Of a DNA stretch of 64,000 nt, positions 1 through 13,392 are shown one piece after another (the first letter of the stretch is position 1; each line of letters starts with the position of its first letter). The notes beneath the pieces are model-generated. The model made no database searches. It was given only the letters and a program-made list of their open reading frames with translations, and was not told the origin of the DNA. Location: positions 62,001 to 126,000 of the forward strand of contig CT868015.1 of the NCBI GenBank assembly GCA_000165425.1, written 5' to 3'. The translations under genes and the position numbers were made by a program. This DNA comes from Paramecium tetraurelia (taxonomy: Eukaryota).

Positions 1-465
1 TATCCTTCACTATGGCCAGCAGTCAGTCTCCAAAATAATTGGAGAACCTGTAAATAAATTTGAGCAACGGAAACTTCTATCAAAAGAAATATCTATTCAA
101 AGTCAATAACCAAAGACTCGCTCTATACGATCCTTTTGCTATCAGATACTCGAGGAACATTGAGCATTTAGTTGGTGAAGTCAATTTACATGCATATTTA
201 ATACCAACATTCACAGCAACCATTATAGGCATTCTAAATATCGAGTAAGTGCATCATCCTATTCTCTAGTCTCCATGAGTACTTGAATGTTGTGTTCTGG
301 CAGTTGGGATGTAAGGACTCGATCGAACCATTCATGAAGAAGTTGAGAGACATCGTTTACGAGAATGGAGTCATTGATTCTAAGTGCGATAGACTGATTG
401 CCATTTCTAGGAATCTATACAGTGGATAAGAGAAGCTTAAATTATGGGCCAAAAGATGGTTCTGA
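1..465 (+). CDS. 3' end of a PIKK-family protein, TRRAP/Tra1-like (kinase-like C-lobe plus FATC-like tail); 5'-partial
   Basis: Frame continues across the 25-nt intron GTAAGTGCATCATCCTATTCTCTAG to TGA 463-465. PFAIRYSRNIEHLVGEVNLHAYLIPTF resembles the Tra1 VPFRLTPNIQ..G segment, and the protein ends CDRLIAISRNLYSGQEKLKLWAKRWF like a FATC domain. Confidence 0.55.
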
Positions 466-574
466 TATGTTTTTTATGAATTATTATGAAATTTAATCGT
501 TTCTTAAAACAGATCGAAAATGTCATCATATAAATAAACTTAATATCTAATTACTAAATTTGATTTCCATAATT

Positions 575-2372
575 ATGAGTTAAAAATTTACAAAGGAACA
601 ATAATTATTAATTGAAGAAATCATTAACAAAGGATACAACCAAGAAGACTTCGAGTACTTCGTGCTTCAGAAGGAACCAGAAAAAGGTACCGCAGCATAT
701 TTCAATTAGGTCATGATTTAAGCGAATGGACTTATGGCGAATTATTGAGCATCATCTAGCAATATCAGCTAGAAAGTATTCCTTACAACATAAATTAAGA
801 ATAAGACCAATTACAGGTCTAAACCCCATTGATAGAACCTGAATCTCCAGAGATCATAGGCTCCTTTTCATTTATTGAAAAGGAAGTATATGCATAAAAT
901 TAAAAATAAGAAGCTATCAAAATTGTACATCTTCACTTATTATATAATTAGAATGATAAGATGCATATCTTACCATACGAAAAAACTATTAAATGCAAAC
1001 AACTATATTTTTTTATTGATGAAAATGTGGAGTTGTAATTTGAAATCAGCGCGTAATTTTCAGAGTATTACTTTAGACCAATCGAAGAGAGAGGAGGAAT
1101 CCTAGATTTCTTTTCAAAATAGATCGTGTTTCCCATTTAAGTTAATCCAATGGAATGGAAGATCAAGAGAACCCTTTAAGATTTTGCCCAATTGAGAAAT
1201 GTACTTTGTGCAGCCTTTCCAGAATTCATTGTATTATTATCATCTACTCTAGTTACCCTCATTTCCATACAAAGACATTGATGACTACGATATAATCATG
1301 AAGGAGCAGTAGAACATAATAAAAGTGCTTACTGTATTATCGATATTTAAATTCACAGATTTTCCTGTAAATCTACAATAAGAAACCTATCATCAGAACC
1401 ATAGCTCCCAGTTTGCATTTCCTGAATGAAACCAATCCCAAATAATTCTAATCAAAGTTTTACAATCAGTAAACTTTCATTAAGTAATATAATCTCAATC
1501 AAAAATAATCAAAGACAGGAACGCTATCAGTTCAATTCAATTAGAATCAATACCAAAAATACAAAGATTACTACTCCTATCTTAATTCAGAATAGGCAAA
1601 TTATGATATTATCTAAAAACATTTGGAATAATTTGCCGAATTCACTTACAAAGGGCAATAGAACTTGGGGTTTTCAATTGAAATGATCCAACAGTTATGC
1701 GTTTCACTTCCTCAATACTTTGAAGCCTAAGAATTTGGAAAAGCCTTGAGCATGATTAAGTCTCACTTTGTAACATCGATTATCATTAATCTAGTAAACC
1801 TAAAAAGACTTTATCTTGAGATCCACCAAACAAATAATGGATGTGTTGTTGATTACACTTGTGAAATTCAAGAATTCTAGATAATAACTCTTCGAATTGA
1901 AATCAAATCTCAATGAGACATTTCAAAACTTTTCAAATGAGTTCTTTCTCTTAGAAAAACGAAAAGAAGAACTATTCACATTAAGTTGATCTTTTCTTAT
2001 ATTTTAGAGGACTTGCAGAAATGGGGGTTGAATTCTGAGATACAATCTAAAATCGACATCAATAGGTGTTTCACAGACATTAAATATGCCAAAGAAATCA
2101 TGCTACCCAAGGAGACCTTTTATGTTAATGAAAAGAGAGACTAGTATGTGTATATGTTGAATCATTTCAATGAGTAATTCGATCAACAATTTATGATTGA
2201 AACTGATAAACTGTTAAATGAGGTCCGTTTCTACTTAGATAATATGCGGTATTACACCAATAATCAAGTATTTTGTGATTGTGAAACCTAGTTATAAAAT
2301 TGGGATTTTCTCATTTAGGAATATGAAGTATATAAATTTCAATATAGTTAAAAATTGAGTGTGAATGGATGA
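575..2372 (+). CDS. PX-domain (sorting nexin-like) protein with helical C-terminal region
   Basis: ATG 575, several short GT..AG introns, TGA 2370-2372. IVFPIQVNPMEWKIKRTLQDFAQLRNVLCAAFPEFILPSFP matches the PX pattern V.RRy.dF..L...L...fP...lP.lP. Confidence 0.75.
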
Positions 2373-2403
2373 AAGATTTATGTTAATATTTAATAAAATA
2401 AGA

Positions 2404-5400
2404 TCAATTTATGAATTATTCTGACAACGAATGCAACTTCTATTCCTTCTTTGATTTTATGCTATTGACTGACCCAAAAATGCTTTCATTGTCCTTGTCC
2501 AATAACTATTGAGATGACTACGTTCGAGAGTCTTATTGGTTCTATAGCAATATAGCAGATTACTAAGATTTCAAGACTCCCTCCAATCTCAATCGGTTTA
2601 AATCACTCTCATGTGATTAGAACATGACATGTTCCACAGTCTTACTCAATGACAAACTCACTCTTAGATTTTGCTATTACAATATACTGGGACTATATTC
2701 TGATTTGATATTCTCCTCCTCCTCTTAGATCTTATAAATAAAACTGGCCTTCTGCTCCGATTGAATCTCCTAAGACTTAAACATATTGTCATTTGAAATC
2801 TTTCTATAAGTTTGTTGCTCTGATTTTACTTCCTATTTCTCCTCCGATTTTATCTGGATTTACTCTATAGTTTTTCTGGAATTAATCAAAGAAACCTTCC
2901 TGCTCTCAGAACTTATCCCCTTCGATCTTTATGATTTGAGATGATTCGAGCCAAGCAATTAATTTTCAAACTTTAAAGATTCCTTTGCCGACTTCCCTCT
3001 TGAAGAATTAGGTGAGTCATCTAAGTATTCAACTGAAGGAAAGAGTTCTCTGATTGGGTCAAACAATCTCTTTATTTCGTTTCTACTGCCTTTGCCAAAA
3101 TACATAGTGATGTCTTGACTTTAAGGGAACTTGGGCTTAAGAAATTATATAATAGGACACTCCTTCTGAAATGGGAATATTTGATCCATCGGTCTAAAGG
3201 GTGTTGCAGATTAAATGATTTAGAGTAGTTTCAATTGCTTTTTTGCAACTCTTGATAGATGACTATCTTCCAAAAACTTTTAGATATAGATTTATTGATA
3301 GCGCTCTAAAATATTCTAGATTCCTGTTTTTTGAGCAAGAGATAACAGTTATTCCACAATTTCATCCTAGTCAGATGAATTAGTAAGGTGCAGATTATAT
3401 TTGTATCTAATTTTTGAGTACTCATAATAAAGACTAAAATACTCTGGCTTTTCTTTTGATAACAAGACCAAATAAGAGAGTATGTTCTGATAACACTCCA
3501 AACTTTAGTCATCTTAAAAGGTGAATATCAATTTATTGAATTTCTGTCTGTATGAATGCAATCTCAACTATGCAGATGAAATCGATATTCCTACTATTTC
3601 AGAATATAGTATGGATTACACAAATGACGTGCCTTGGTAAATTTATATTCCGTGATAATTTACTATCATCTCACAATTTTCTTTTTCAAAATTCACTTAA
3701 TAAATTGACCCATTAAAACAAGGATTGAATGATAGAATGATTTTAATCAATTTAGTTAGTTATGTTTAATCAAAATAAGCAAATTAAGCAATCATTTCCT
3801 AATGCTAATTGATTAAATCATCTATGTCTATTTAACCTCTTAAGTGAACTGGTATAAACTGGATGTAATTGTAAATATTGATGTCTTATGTGTTCTGTTG
3901 TTCATCATTTATTGATTCTATGCACATCAGTATGATTATAATCTTATTGATGCTTTCACTGTTATAATGCTAACAGATGTAAGGATAATTGATGAACTAA
4001 TTGGTAATCTCTTAAATCGATTGAATTTCAACACAATCCATACAAAAGATTCTCCTTCTCAGTTCAATTGAGAGCACATTATACTCTTAACTAATACGAG
4101 AGACATGTTCCCAAAAGCCCAATTAACCAAGAAGAGGGATGTCCAAATACTTTAAGACATTACCAGATCCTTATTATTACTCTTGCTTGAACTCCACTCT
4201 CACATACAGCCACAAACCTCCTTTATCCTTCTCAGATACTTCCTCATATATTTGATTCATAACCTCTGAAACAGTTGCATACCCATCGAATTCAACTTAG
4301 AGTATCTTCGAATGTAGATAGTGTATCATAATCTTAGGCTTAGTGAATCTGAAATTGATTTCCTATATTGAAGGTAACCAATAGATCATAGGAGCATTGT
4401 TTATCCACGCAGTCATCAACTGATGAAATTTTAACTCTTGGTAGGTACTTATTAACCAATCGTATAGTGGTTACATTAAGGTTCTCGAAGGACTCAGATA
4501 ATGCAAAAACAATGAGAACAATTTCGAAAAACTAGTTTCCTTTACTTTCAATTATGTCATAATAAGGAATATGTAGAGGTCGTCAGCCAACAAACATGGA
4601 CAAGGAGAATTACTGCAAATATCAATAACAAGATGAACTGAATTTAGTACAGAATTGTTATCGTAATTCTCACTTCCCATAATCACAACCTAAGAGACAA
4701 TGTGCTTTAACTATTTGATTAATTCACTTTATGCAAACACATAGATAGGATCCTCAATATCTAATTGCTGAATGCGATTTAGATAAGGATATTCAAAAAT
4801 ATGTTTTGATTAAATGAATTCTCGATTGCTGGGTTCAGGTAAAGTAATTCTTAGATGTTTTATCTTTAAGTCAGAGATTTAATATCTGTGTTCACAATTT
4901 AGTTGTTTTACATCAATATCTTCGATTATTTCATCTAACTTCATTTCAGTGTAATTGTGAGACATCTTCTCTAAATAGTACCTTAATTGCTATTTACGAT
5001 ATTGAGCAGAATAGTAGTTCACAACCACTCGAACCAAATTGAGCTAGTGTTCTTCTGAATTCTCATTCCAGATATTTTAATTGAAATTTTCAAAATGATT
5101 GTATACTATATACTTCGCTCTCCTTTAACCCAGTCTGGCAAAGTACAATATCTTTTCATTCTCCACTTTATCAAAATCCAATATGTTGTATGTATTGATA
5201 AGAGTCTTATCCTAATATGAGTTCTGATATATGATAATTTTTGTCAGAGTCTCCAGATATTATTCATATTCCTGTATTGAAATTTGAGTCAAATCGTAGT
5301 AACTTGTGTTGAGGGGATGTAAAAGGAGAGTGGGTGCAACTGGTAATTGTTGCTGTAATTATTTCGATGCATATTCCTTATCTCTAAAAATAAATTAAGT

Positions 5401-7398
5401 TGAATCGTTTAATAGATCATCATAGTATTCAAATTACCATACATAATCTTAGTACACTAATCGTCTTATTATGGTTTCTCTTTCTAATTTCAATTGCAAC
5501 AAGAAATCAATTGGAGTCCCCCTAATATCCAGTCTATGACATAATGCTATCAAATCATCAAGTTCTTTATTGATCTTACTCTCTTCAACCTGAAAGTTAA
5601 GCAGTTTGTTGATTCTATTTTCAATCAATTGCAATTTCCTTGACAATTTCACATATTTTTCTTTGAATATGGTAATGTCCATTCCTAAATTAAATGAAGA
5701 GAAGGTCAAGAAACTAATTGAGTAATTGTCTCTAAATAGGATTGCATCATTGAGCTTACTCCAAATCATCTGTAATAATTGATTTACTATTGTGTGCGAG
5801 ATGTTATATTAAAATGTCTTAATTTCCTCAGTGATCTGATAGATTTCTTCCACTGGAGGATCATTATTATTTAATTGTAAAACTTACAGGATCTATTCCT
5901 CCTTATTTCTTATCTCTTACAATACTTTAGCATTTGAGGGGAGTTGCTTTTTCGTTTGTTTTTTAAGGAAAGTGATTTAGTGTCTCTAAGGCAATTGGGG
6001 TGGGAAATTGAATTGAATTGTTTGTTTTTAATACAATGTTGGATGATGTTAAATGTGTTGTTATGGCTATTTCAAAATAGAGTGACCTCTCCTGGCTTGG
6101 GATCCCTATAATTCCTGAGATTCTTCGAAAATGATTTCTTAATGATGGTTCTTCTTTAGATTGAACAGTTACTCTACCACATGTTAGGTGTAGGGCAAGG
6201 GATATATTTTATATACAAGATGTGGCTTTGCCTTTTTAGAGAATAAATTAAACAAAGACATTTGACCATCTTTGGAATATCGATTGTAACTAAGATTGAT
6301 GTTCACAATCTAACAATTATCATCTTTTATAATTCTATTCTCAATGATGGGGATGCTGGAGTCATTCAATTAATTTTAGCTTAAATCGATAGAGACCTTA
6401 TTTAGAATGGCTCCTGCTTTGAGTAGGAAGATCTCTAAGTACTATTCCTTACCTTGTAAGACATTGGCAGACAGATTGATGTAATTGATATCTAAGCACT
6501 TTTCAAAGAGCATCGCAATTGAATCGATGCCTCTGTCATCCACTGCGTTTTGGCTGAAGTCTAATTGCTAGAGATAAGGTCGTTTCTTAAGGATTGGTGC
6601 AATTTCCTAGATCATGATTGACTTAAGATTACAATTTTTGAGGGTTAAATTAATGATCTAATCTGGCTTAATAGATTCCAACAGCAATTCCAGTGATTTC
6701 AGGTGTTCATTCAAATTCAATCTGAAAATTAGGCCATTCACTAGATTGTTGCACTCACACAATATTTGATATGTCGAAATCAGGTTTTCATTGTTGCAAT
6801 CCAACTTAGCAATTACCTCAGTAACACTATCCTGTAGCCATGTGATTACATTCTGATTCAGTTGAATCTTCTTAGAATTTCTATCAGTGTAGTACTTTTG
6901 AAATGCATTCCCAACTATTATGGATCTAAAGAATTTTAAATTATCCGCTTAATTTTACGCTATCAAATATTACACTTGCTTGCTCAGTTTATTGATCAAA
7001 CATATAGCTTATCCCTAAATTGATGATATGCTGGTGTTGTATCCATCCTTCGACAAATAATTAACCAACTACTCGATCGGGATCATGAACACTTATTTAT
7101 CTGAAACCTATTGCACTTAAAGGGGAGGCGCTGTAACAGAGTCCGGATCTAGTTTGTTCTGCTTAATATATTGCATTCTCTCCTATATCTGCGGTATGGT
7201 GGATGGCAAATCCTTATAATTGGTCCAATCCTCATTGATCTTTGGTGTTTTTATGGTGTAATTCGTGTATGGGAAATAGTAGATGTATGTGTCTGTCACA
7301 ATGATGCGTTTCATCTACCACAAGGATTCATTTTCATTCACTCCTGCACACAAACAATGGAAATTGCCCATATATAATAATCTTTCTGAACCTCGCAT
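2404..7398 (-). CDS. Large multidomain protein: possible N-terminal PH-like region, RI-type LRRs, MyTH4 and FERM
   Basis: Code-6 frame from ATG at 7398 to TGA at 2404. LRRs at about 6300-6720 (LQQLDFSQNAVDDRGIDSIA, ITSINLSANVL, IDLSQNQLND). MyTH4-to-FERM F1 junction WLPSIQEINFRFTKPKIMIHYLHSKILQVEFDGYATVSEV. FERM hallmarks LRRRIF, IQFIPVHL, NPCFNGSIYQV, MIVNYHGIQIY. Confidence 0.7.
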
Positions 7399-7712
7399 AT
7401 ATTTATTATATATAAAATTACTATTTAAATCAACTACATACACTATGGCATTCTCAATAAACCATTTCCTAAATAGTTTCTATCCCCCCATCATGGCATT
7501 TACAATATGGGAATAGAAGTGTGGAAATTAGCTAAATTATTTTGTTGATTGATGTTATATAAAAAGTTTAAAAGATAACTATAAATTTTTGTGTATTTAT
7601 ATAGTTTAAAATAATAAGGTTGTTTGATATTAAATTATCTACAGTGTGTTTATTTAAACTAATTGATATTTTGGTTCTATTGATAACAATATTTCCAATA
7701 ATTTATTTATTA

Positions 7713-10700
7713 ATGAATAGACAATATGTGTTGCCAAAGTATCAGGAAATATTGTTGGACTATATGGAGAAAGTGAGGAAGACTATTCCCAAACAGTATC
7801 CTTCCTTCAAAGACTTTTTGAACAAAATGATTGGTATGTATGGAGTTAAGAAACTAAGATCTTGTGAAATGTGAACGTCTGCCGAAATTGGGTAAGCACA
7901 ATGTGGTTTTCAGATTGACGATCAATATGAGATAACCAAAACTCACTTAATTGGCCTTGTCCACCTTATTTGTAATGAATTAATGATTGATCCAAATAGA
8001 GATTGGTTTCAAATGGTTTTATCGATGGCAGAATAGAGGACACTTCACAAGAATTCTATACTGATGAATTTTCAGAACTCTTCAATGATTCCAGTTATAA
8101 CAAAGGCGAAAAAAGAGTATGACATTACATTTATAATCACTTAGACAATCATGGATGTCCTAATCAATTCAGTAACATCCTGTCTATTTGATAAGGATGA
8201 GATCATAATCCAAGGTCTAAAGTTGTTGGTTGCATTCGTTCTGAATCCCTATTGCTATGTAACATCACAAAACCTCACCCGAATTGTGAGGACGATAATC
8301 TTCTCATACACTCGTATACTATAATTTAAGCATAGGTTCTAGAACACAGAACGTCGATAGAAATACCAAGAATATGCTCTATCAGATTATCAATTACACA
8401 TTCTAAGCTGTGGAAGGAGAAGTACTTTCATTCATCATAATTTATTAGGTTTTCACAATTTAAAGAAACAAACGTAGAATGTCTATCAAAGAAGATTCAG
8501 TCTAAAAATTAACCCAATTGGTCATGCTCCAACTGGTCGATATGGTATGTTTGAATAAGACTTCATTGGATTTCTCTCCTCAATCCAACATCTTAAACGA
8601 AAAAAAACAACCTGCAGGCTACTTTGGTTATTGTGTGATGTGTAGAAAATCTGCCAATCTCTATTGCAAAGATCATAGAGTGCCTATTTGCTCTTTCATT
8701 TGCAAGCGTCAACACCAAGAATATGTAGAACAAGCTTAAAGTACTTACAGTGGAGCTGTGAAGTAATTCGAAGAAAACCTTGATTGTGCATTACAATTGT
8801 ATGATAGCTTATGCAATCTATTACTTAACAAAACAACCTTAGAATAAGCTAAAAACTAACAGATCATTCTTGAGTGTCTCTTGTATATTCTTGAAACTCC
8901 TGACTTTGTCTTGAGTAAAAATGAAAAGTTCATCAAAACAACCAAAGAAAGATTGTGCAATCAACTATTAAAGTATTGTTTAGAAACCGAGAAAACCTTG
9001 TATCAGTTTAGTTTCAGGATATTTTAACGATTAGTCAACATCATGAGAAAAAGCATTAAATACGAAATGGCCATCTTCATCAATTAAATCTATTTAAACA
9101 TACTTTTAAGTGCTAATTCAAATGTATTACACAAGCAAACTGCACTTGAGAGTTTATGCAGTATTTTGGAAAGACCAAAGACTGGATTGGAATTTTATAT
9201 CAATTACGACTGTCATACCAAGCATGAGTGTTTGATGTCCAAAATCATTAATACCTTCTATGAGATTATCGTGATCTCCATATATCAAAAAGCAGAATAC
9301 CAAATTCAAACTCAATAAGAAATTCTTTTAAAACACTTGGCCATCAAGGCTCTATCCTATGTTATGGATGGTTTAAATAAAGTGTTTGACAAATTTATCA
9401 TCACTCCCTCTGAAGAAATTGGATCGCCGTCAATGGAAGATCAAAATGCCAATCTCAACGACAATACGACTGTGATGTACATCAATCCAATCGAAATACA
9501 GAGATAACTGAAATAGGAAATCATGAAAGGATGTTAGCTCTTCAAGAAGAACCCTGATAAAGGAATCAAATACCTCCTAGATGCCTAGATCATTTAGAAT
9601 GAGTAATTTTATTTAATTAAATTAGTGCAAAAGAAATCGCTAAGTTCTTCAGAGAAAATTAGCAACAAGTAAGCAAAGATGCCATCGGAGCCTTCCTAGG
9701 AGGACATCAACAATTAAACATCAAAGTCTTAAGTGAATTCACTGATCTCTTGAAATTCAAGGACCTCACCGTTGAATAAGCCTTAAGGTATTACCTAGAC
9801 TAATTTACACTACCAGGAGAAGCCATGTAAGTAGATAGAGTAGTCTAAAAATTCTCAGATAGATATTACAAAGAAAACCCAAATTCAGCCTTCAAATCCA
9901 GTGGCAGCATTTACACCTACTGTTATCTATTGGTCATGTTACAAACTGATTTGCATAATCCCTCAGTTGCAGAAAAGATGAAGTTGAGTGATTTTCAAAA
10001 ATTGGCAAGATCTATCAACGACGGCGATGATCTACCATAGGATTACTTGACTCAAACTTACAATTCCATTCTGAAATAGCCCTTGGCTGTAAGAGAAAAG
10101 GAGAAAAGCCGTGTGTTCATGAAAGAATCTCTAACTCAAAGTATAAGAAAGAAATAGGATTTATTTTAGAGGGAAAAGGAAGCTCTACTTAAATAAGGAA
10201 GTGAATTAATTAAAACCAAACAAGATTCACATGAGACTCTTTATTAGATTATTAATTAGGATATGGCCTATTTAATCAAACCATTTTTGGAATGCATAGG
10301 CAAGCCTTCCTTTGAAATGTTCTTATTCGTATTCAACAATGATTAAATGGAGTAAGCCTCAAATCAATGCATTCAAGGGTTAGTCTTGTTTATTAAGTTA
10401 TGTTCTTTTTTTTCAATTCCTCTGCAGGATTACATGAACACTTTAATAAAGGCTACCAGACTTAATTAAGGTTAGATATCAAATAAACATATCAATTTGA
10501 TTAAATAAATCTTGTAAACCGTTCCCTTAATTGGAAATGGACTAAGGGAGAACGGATGGAAAAGTATTTTGAAAATGATTAGCAGACTTGATGAGATGAG
10601 AATGATATAGCAATCCAAGGATAATGTTGATGGATAAACCATTGCCATTTTGCCTGAATTATTATTGGAATCAGATCTAATTGATAAGATTTTTGTGTAA

Positions 10701-12688
10701 TCGAAACAATTAGACGATGAAGCAATTCAGGAATTTATTAATGCCCTATGTTTTATGTCCAAACAAGAAATATATCAAACTCATCCACGTCTCTTTTGTC
10801 TGTAAAAGTTAGTGGAAGTTTGTGATTACAATATGAAGAGGGTAAGTTTTGTATGGACTAAAATGTGGAATATAGTGAAGGATCATATTAACGAAGTGGC
10901 AGTGAAGGAAAAGAAAGTTGCAATGTTCACAGTAGACTCACTAAAATAGTTAAGCATTAAATTTCTTTAGAAGGATGAATTATATGATTTTTAATTCTAA
11001 AGAGATGTCTTAAAACCCTTTGAAACTATATTTTTATAGTCTAATTTAGAGGTCAAAGAATTCATACTTTCTTGTATCAATCACATTGTCTTAAATCATA
11101 AACATAACATCAGATCTGGATGGAGAATGATCTTCGGTTTAATAGCATTAGGTTTGAAAGAGGACAATGACAAGATTTGTAAAATTGCCTACCAGATACT
11201 CTCCTAAATCATGGAACATAATCTAGATCTATTGTAAGATGTGTTTATCGATCTCATTCAGACACTAAAGGTTTTAGCAGGCAAGAATCAAGAAGACATG
11301 GCGTTGGCATCCATTGATTTTACTATCAAATGTTTAGGATATCTATCAAAACAAGCATAGATAACACCCAAACTCAACTGGAACGAATTTGAAGAACCAG
11401 AAGCTACTGTTCGTAATGCATCCACAGCAGTTTAACTTGAAAAGATATGGATTCCCCTACTTGGAGTACTCTCAGGACTAGCAGGAGATAAGAGAAACAA
11501 AATATAGGCAAAGTCAATGGAAGCCTTGTTTGAATCCTTATAGCAATTCGGATATGCCTTTAGTGCAGAATTTTGGAAAATGGTCTTCAGTACTGTACTA
11601 AGACCTATTTTTGATGAAATTCAGTTTACTTTCCAATAAAATCATATAGTGGCCAACGCCAACAATGATTGGTTTAAGGATTCGTGTAAAAAGGGTTTCT
11701 CTTTAATCATCAACTTAATGAAGCGGTACTTTTAGAAATTAAGAGGGTTGCTATCTGAGTTTTTAAAACTATTTGAAAATTGTATTCAAAATTAAAATCT
11801 CAAATTGGCTAAATATAGCATTCTTTCAGTTAAGAATATGACACTTAAAATTGGAATGATGTTTAATGAAGAAGAATGGGAATAAATTGTTTAATTCATT
11901 GATAGGATGATTCGATTAACCACACCTACTAAACTATCAAGTTTTGCCAATCAATCCTTGACTTCAAGTAGAATGAGGAATATGATAGAAGATTGTTTCA
12001 TTTAATTCACTTCTTAACTTTTAATGATCTAAATAAGTATAGAGATCTTACAACATTTCAATCAAAAGTTAAATTTGCAATAATTATAAACAATTGAAAA
12101 TACATTCCTATATTCCTATTAATTTGCTGTCCAATTTAATTAATAGATCGATCAAAGATATCTAATATGGAAGTAAGGAGTCTTGCAAGACATGAAGTCC
12201 TTGCCTGGTCTGCTCAAATAGGAACGAGAAGCTTATGGTTGCATGATCATCATCAAAAAGTATAAGTTGAAGAACCATAACATTTTCGATTTTGACTCCT
12301 TGATTACACCAATTGATATTTTTATTAAGAAGCATGAAATGATTCGAACGAACACCCAATTCCCTGAGGAATAGGACTAGTAGATGCAAAAATTAAGACT
12401 ATAAGAAATTGAAAAAGATACTTAAAATTATAGACAATTATTGGATACTTATATATTACCTACACTTTGCGAATTAGATGATGAACATGTAAATTATATA
12501 AATACCCATTTTAGTTAAAACAAAACAACTAATAGTTATTCTTAATTTTATTAAAGGCCTTAAGCTATTCAAATGACTCCATCATCTGTAAAGACTGTGT
12601 TCGATGTTAAAAATGTTTATAATAAGAGAAGAGCAATTTAGATCAACAAATTCTTTAATTAGTTTAAAAATTATATGATTTGAAATGA
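7713..12688 (+). CDS. Large Sec7-domain Arf guanine-nucleotide exchange factor (BIG/Sec7-like)
   Basis: Sec7 catalytic motif FTLPGEAMQVDRVVQKFSDRYY (about 9800-9870), MLQTDLHNP, HUS-box FYINYDC, HDS motifs LQKLVEVCDYNMKR, DSLKQLSIKFL and IRSGW. TGA 12686-12688. Confidence 0.93.
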
Positions 12689-13257
12689 ATTAATCTTTGA
12701 TATGTTTTGAAATAATAATTTATTTATATAAACACTCATCTTCTTTTCTTAATTAATAGTGAAGGATTATCTTCTCTTTTTATTAGAAAAATTCAAAATT
12801 TAAATTGCGTGATTTGTATAATATTTAATTTTATACAAATTTAGATAATGATTTATTCTCATTCTTGTTTGCATTTGAATTATGAAATTAAATATTTAAA
12901 TTATCATTTCTAATTTATCCAATCAAAATCTTAATAGTACAATCTTTAGTTAAATTGCTATCTTTTTATTATTCTCCTTTAAAAACCAGATAGCAACACG
13001 ATTTATTTGTTGAATACACAATCTCCCTTCAATAACCCATTACTAATCATTTAAAAACTAATGACATCTCACTTTCAATTATTAATCCATTTCATCTATT
13101 TAATTCATCTGAAATCAATGCAAGCGAGTACCATCAGTAGTTAAGAGTAATTTGACCCTTTATTATATACTCTTATCTTAACTAGTATTCAATTAAATAA
13201 TGTTTGCATAAAAAGGAAGATAAATAAATCAATTATAATGCGAAAAATAAAAAATTA

Positions 13258-13329
13258 TTCCGATACCGGGGATTGAACCCGGGTCCCCAGGGTGAGAACC
13301 TGATATCCTAACCACTAGACTATACCGGA
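13258..13329 (-). tRNA. tRNA-Glu (anticodon CTC)
   Basis: Reverse complement is TCCGGTATAGTCTAGTGGTTAGGATATCAGGTTCTCACCCTGGGGACCCGGGTTCAATCCCCGGTATCGGAA, 72 nt. It has an acceptor stem, D-loop AGTGG, anticodon loop TT-CTC-AC and T-loop GGTTCAATCC. Confidence 0.97.
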
Positions 13330-13392
13330 ACTGTTAATGATTTTGGAGGGATCAACATTTTATATGAAATAAGCTATGATTTGATTAATAAA

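Noticed and set aside
1..530. Long TGA-free frame on the minus strand
   Set aside because: The plus strand has a canonical intron, a PIKK/FATC-like sequence and a proper TGA. Under code 6, antisense frames are often open because only TGA stops.
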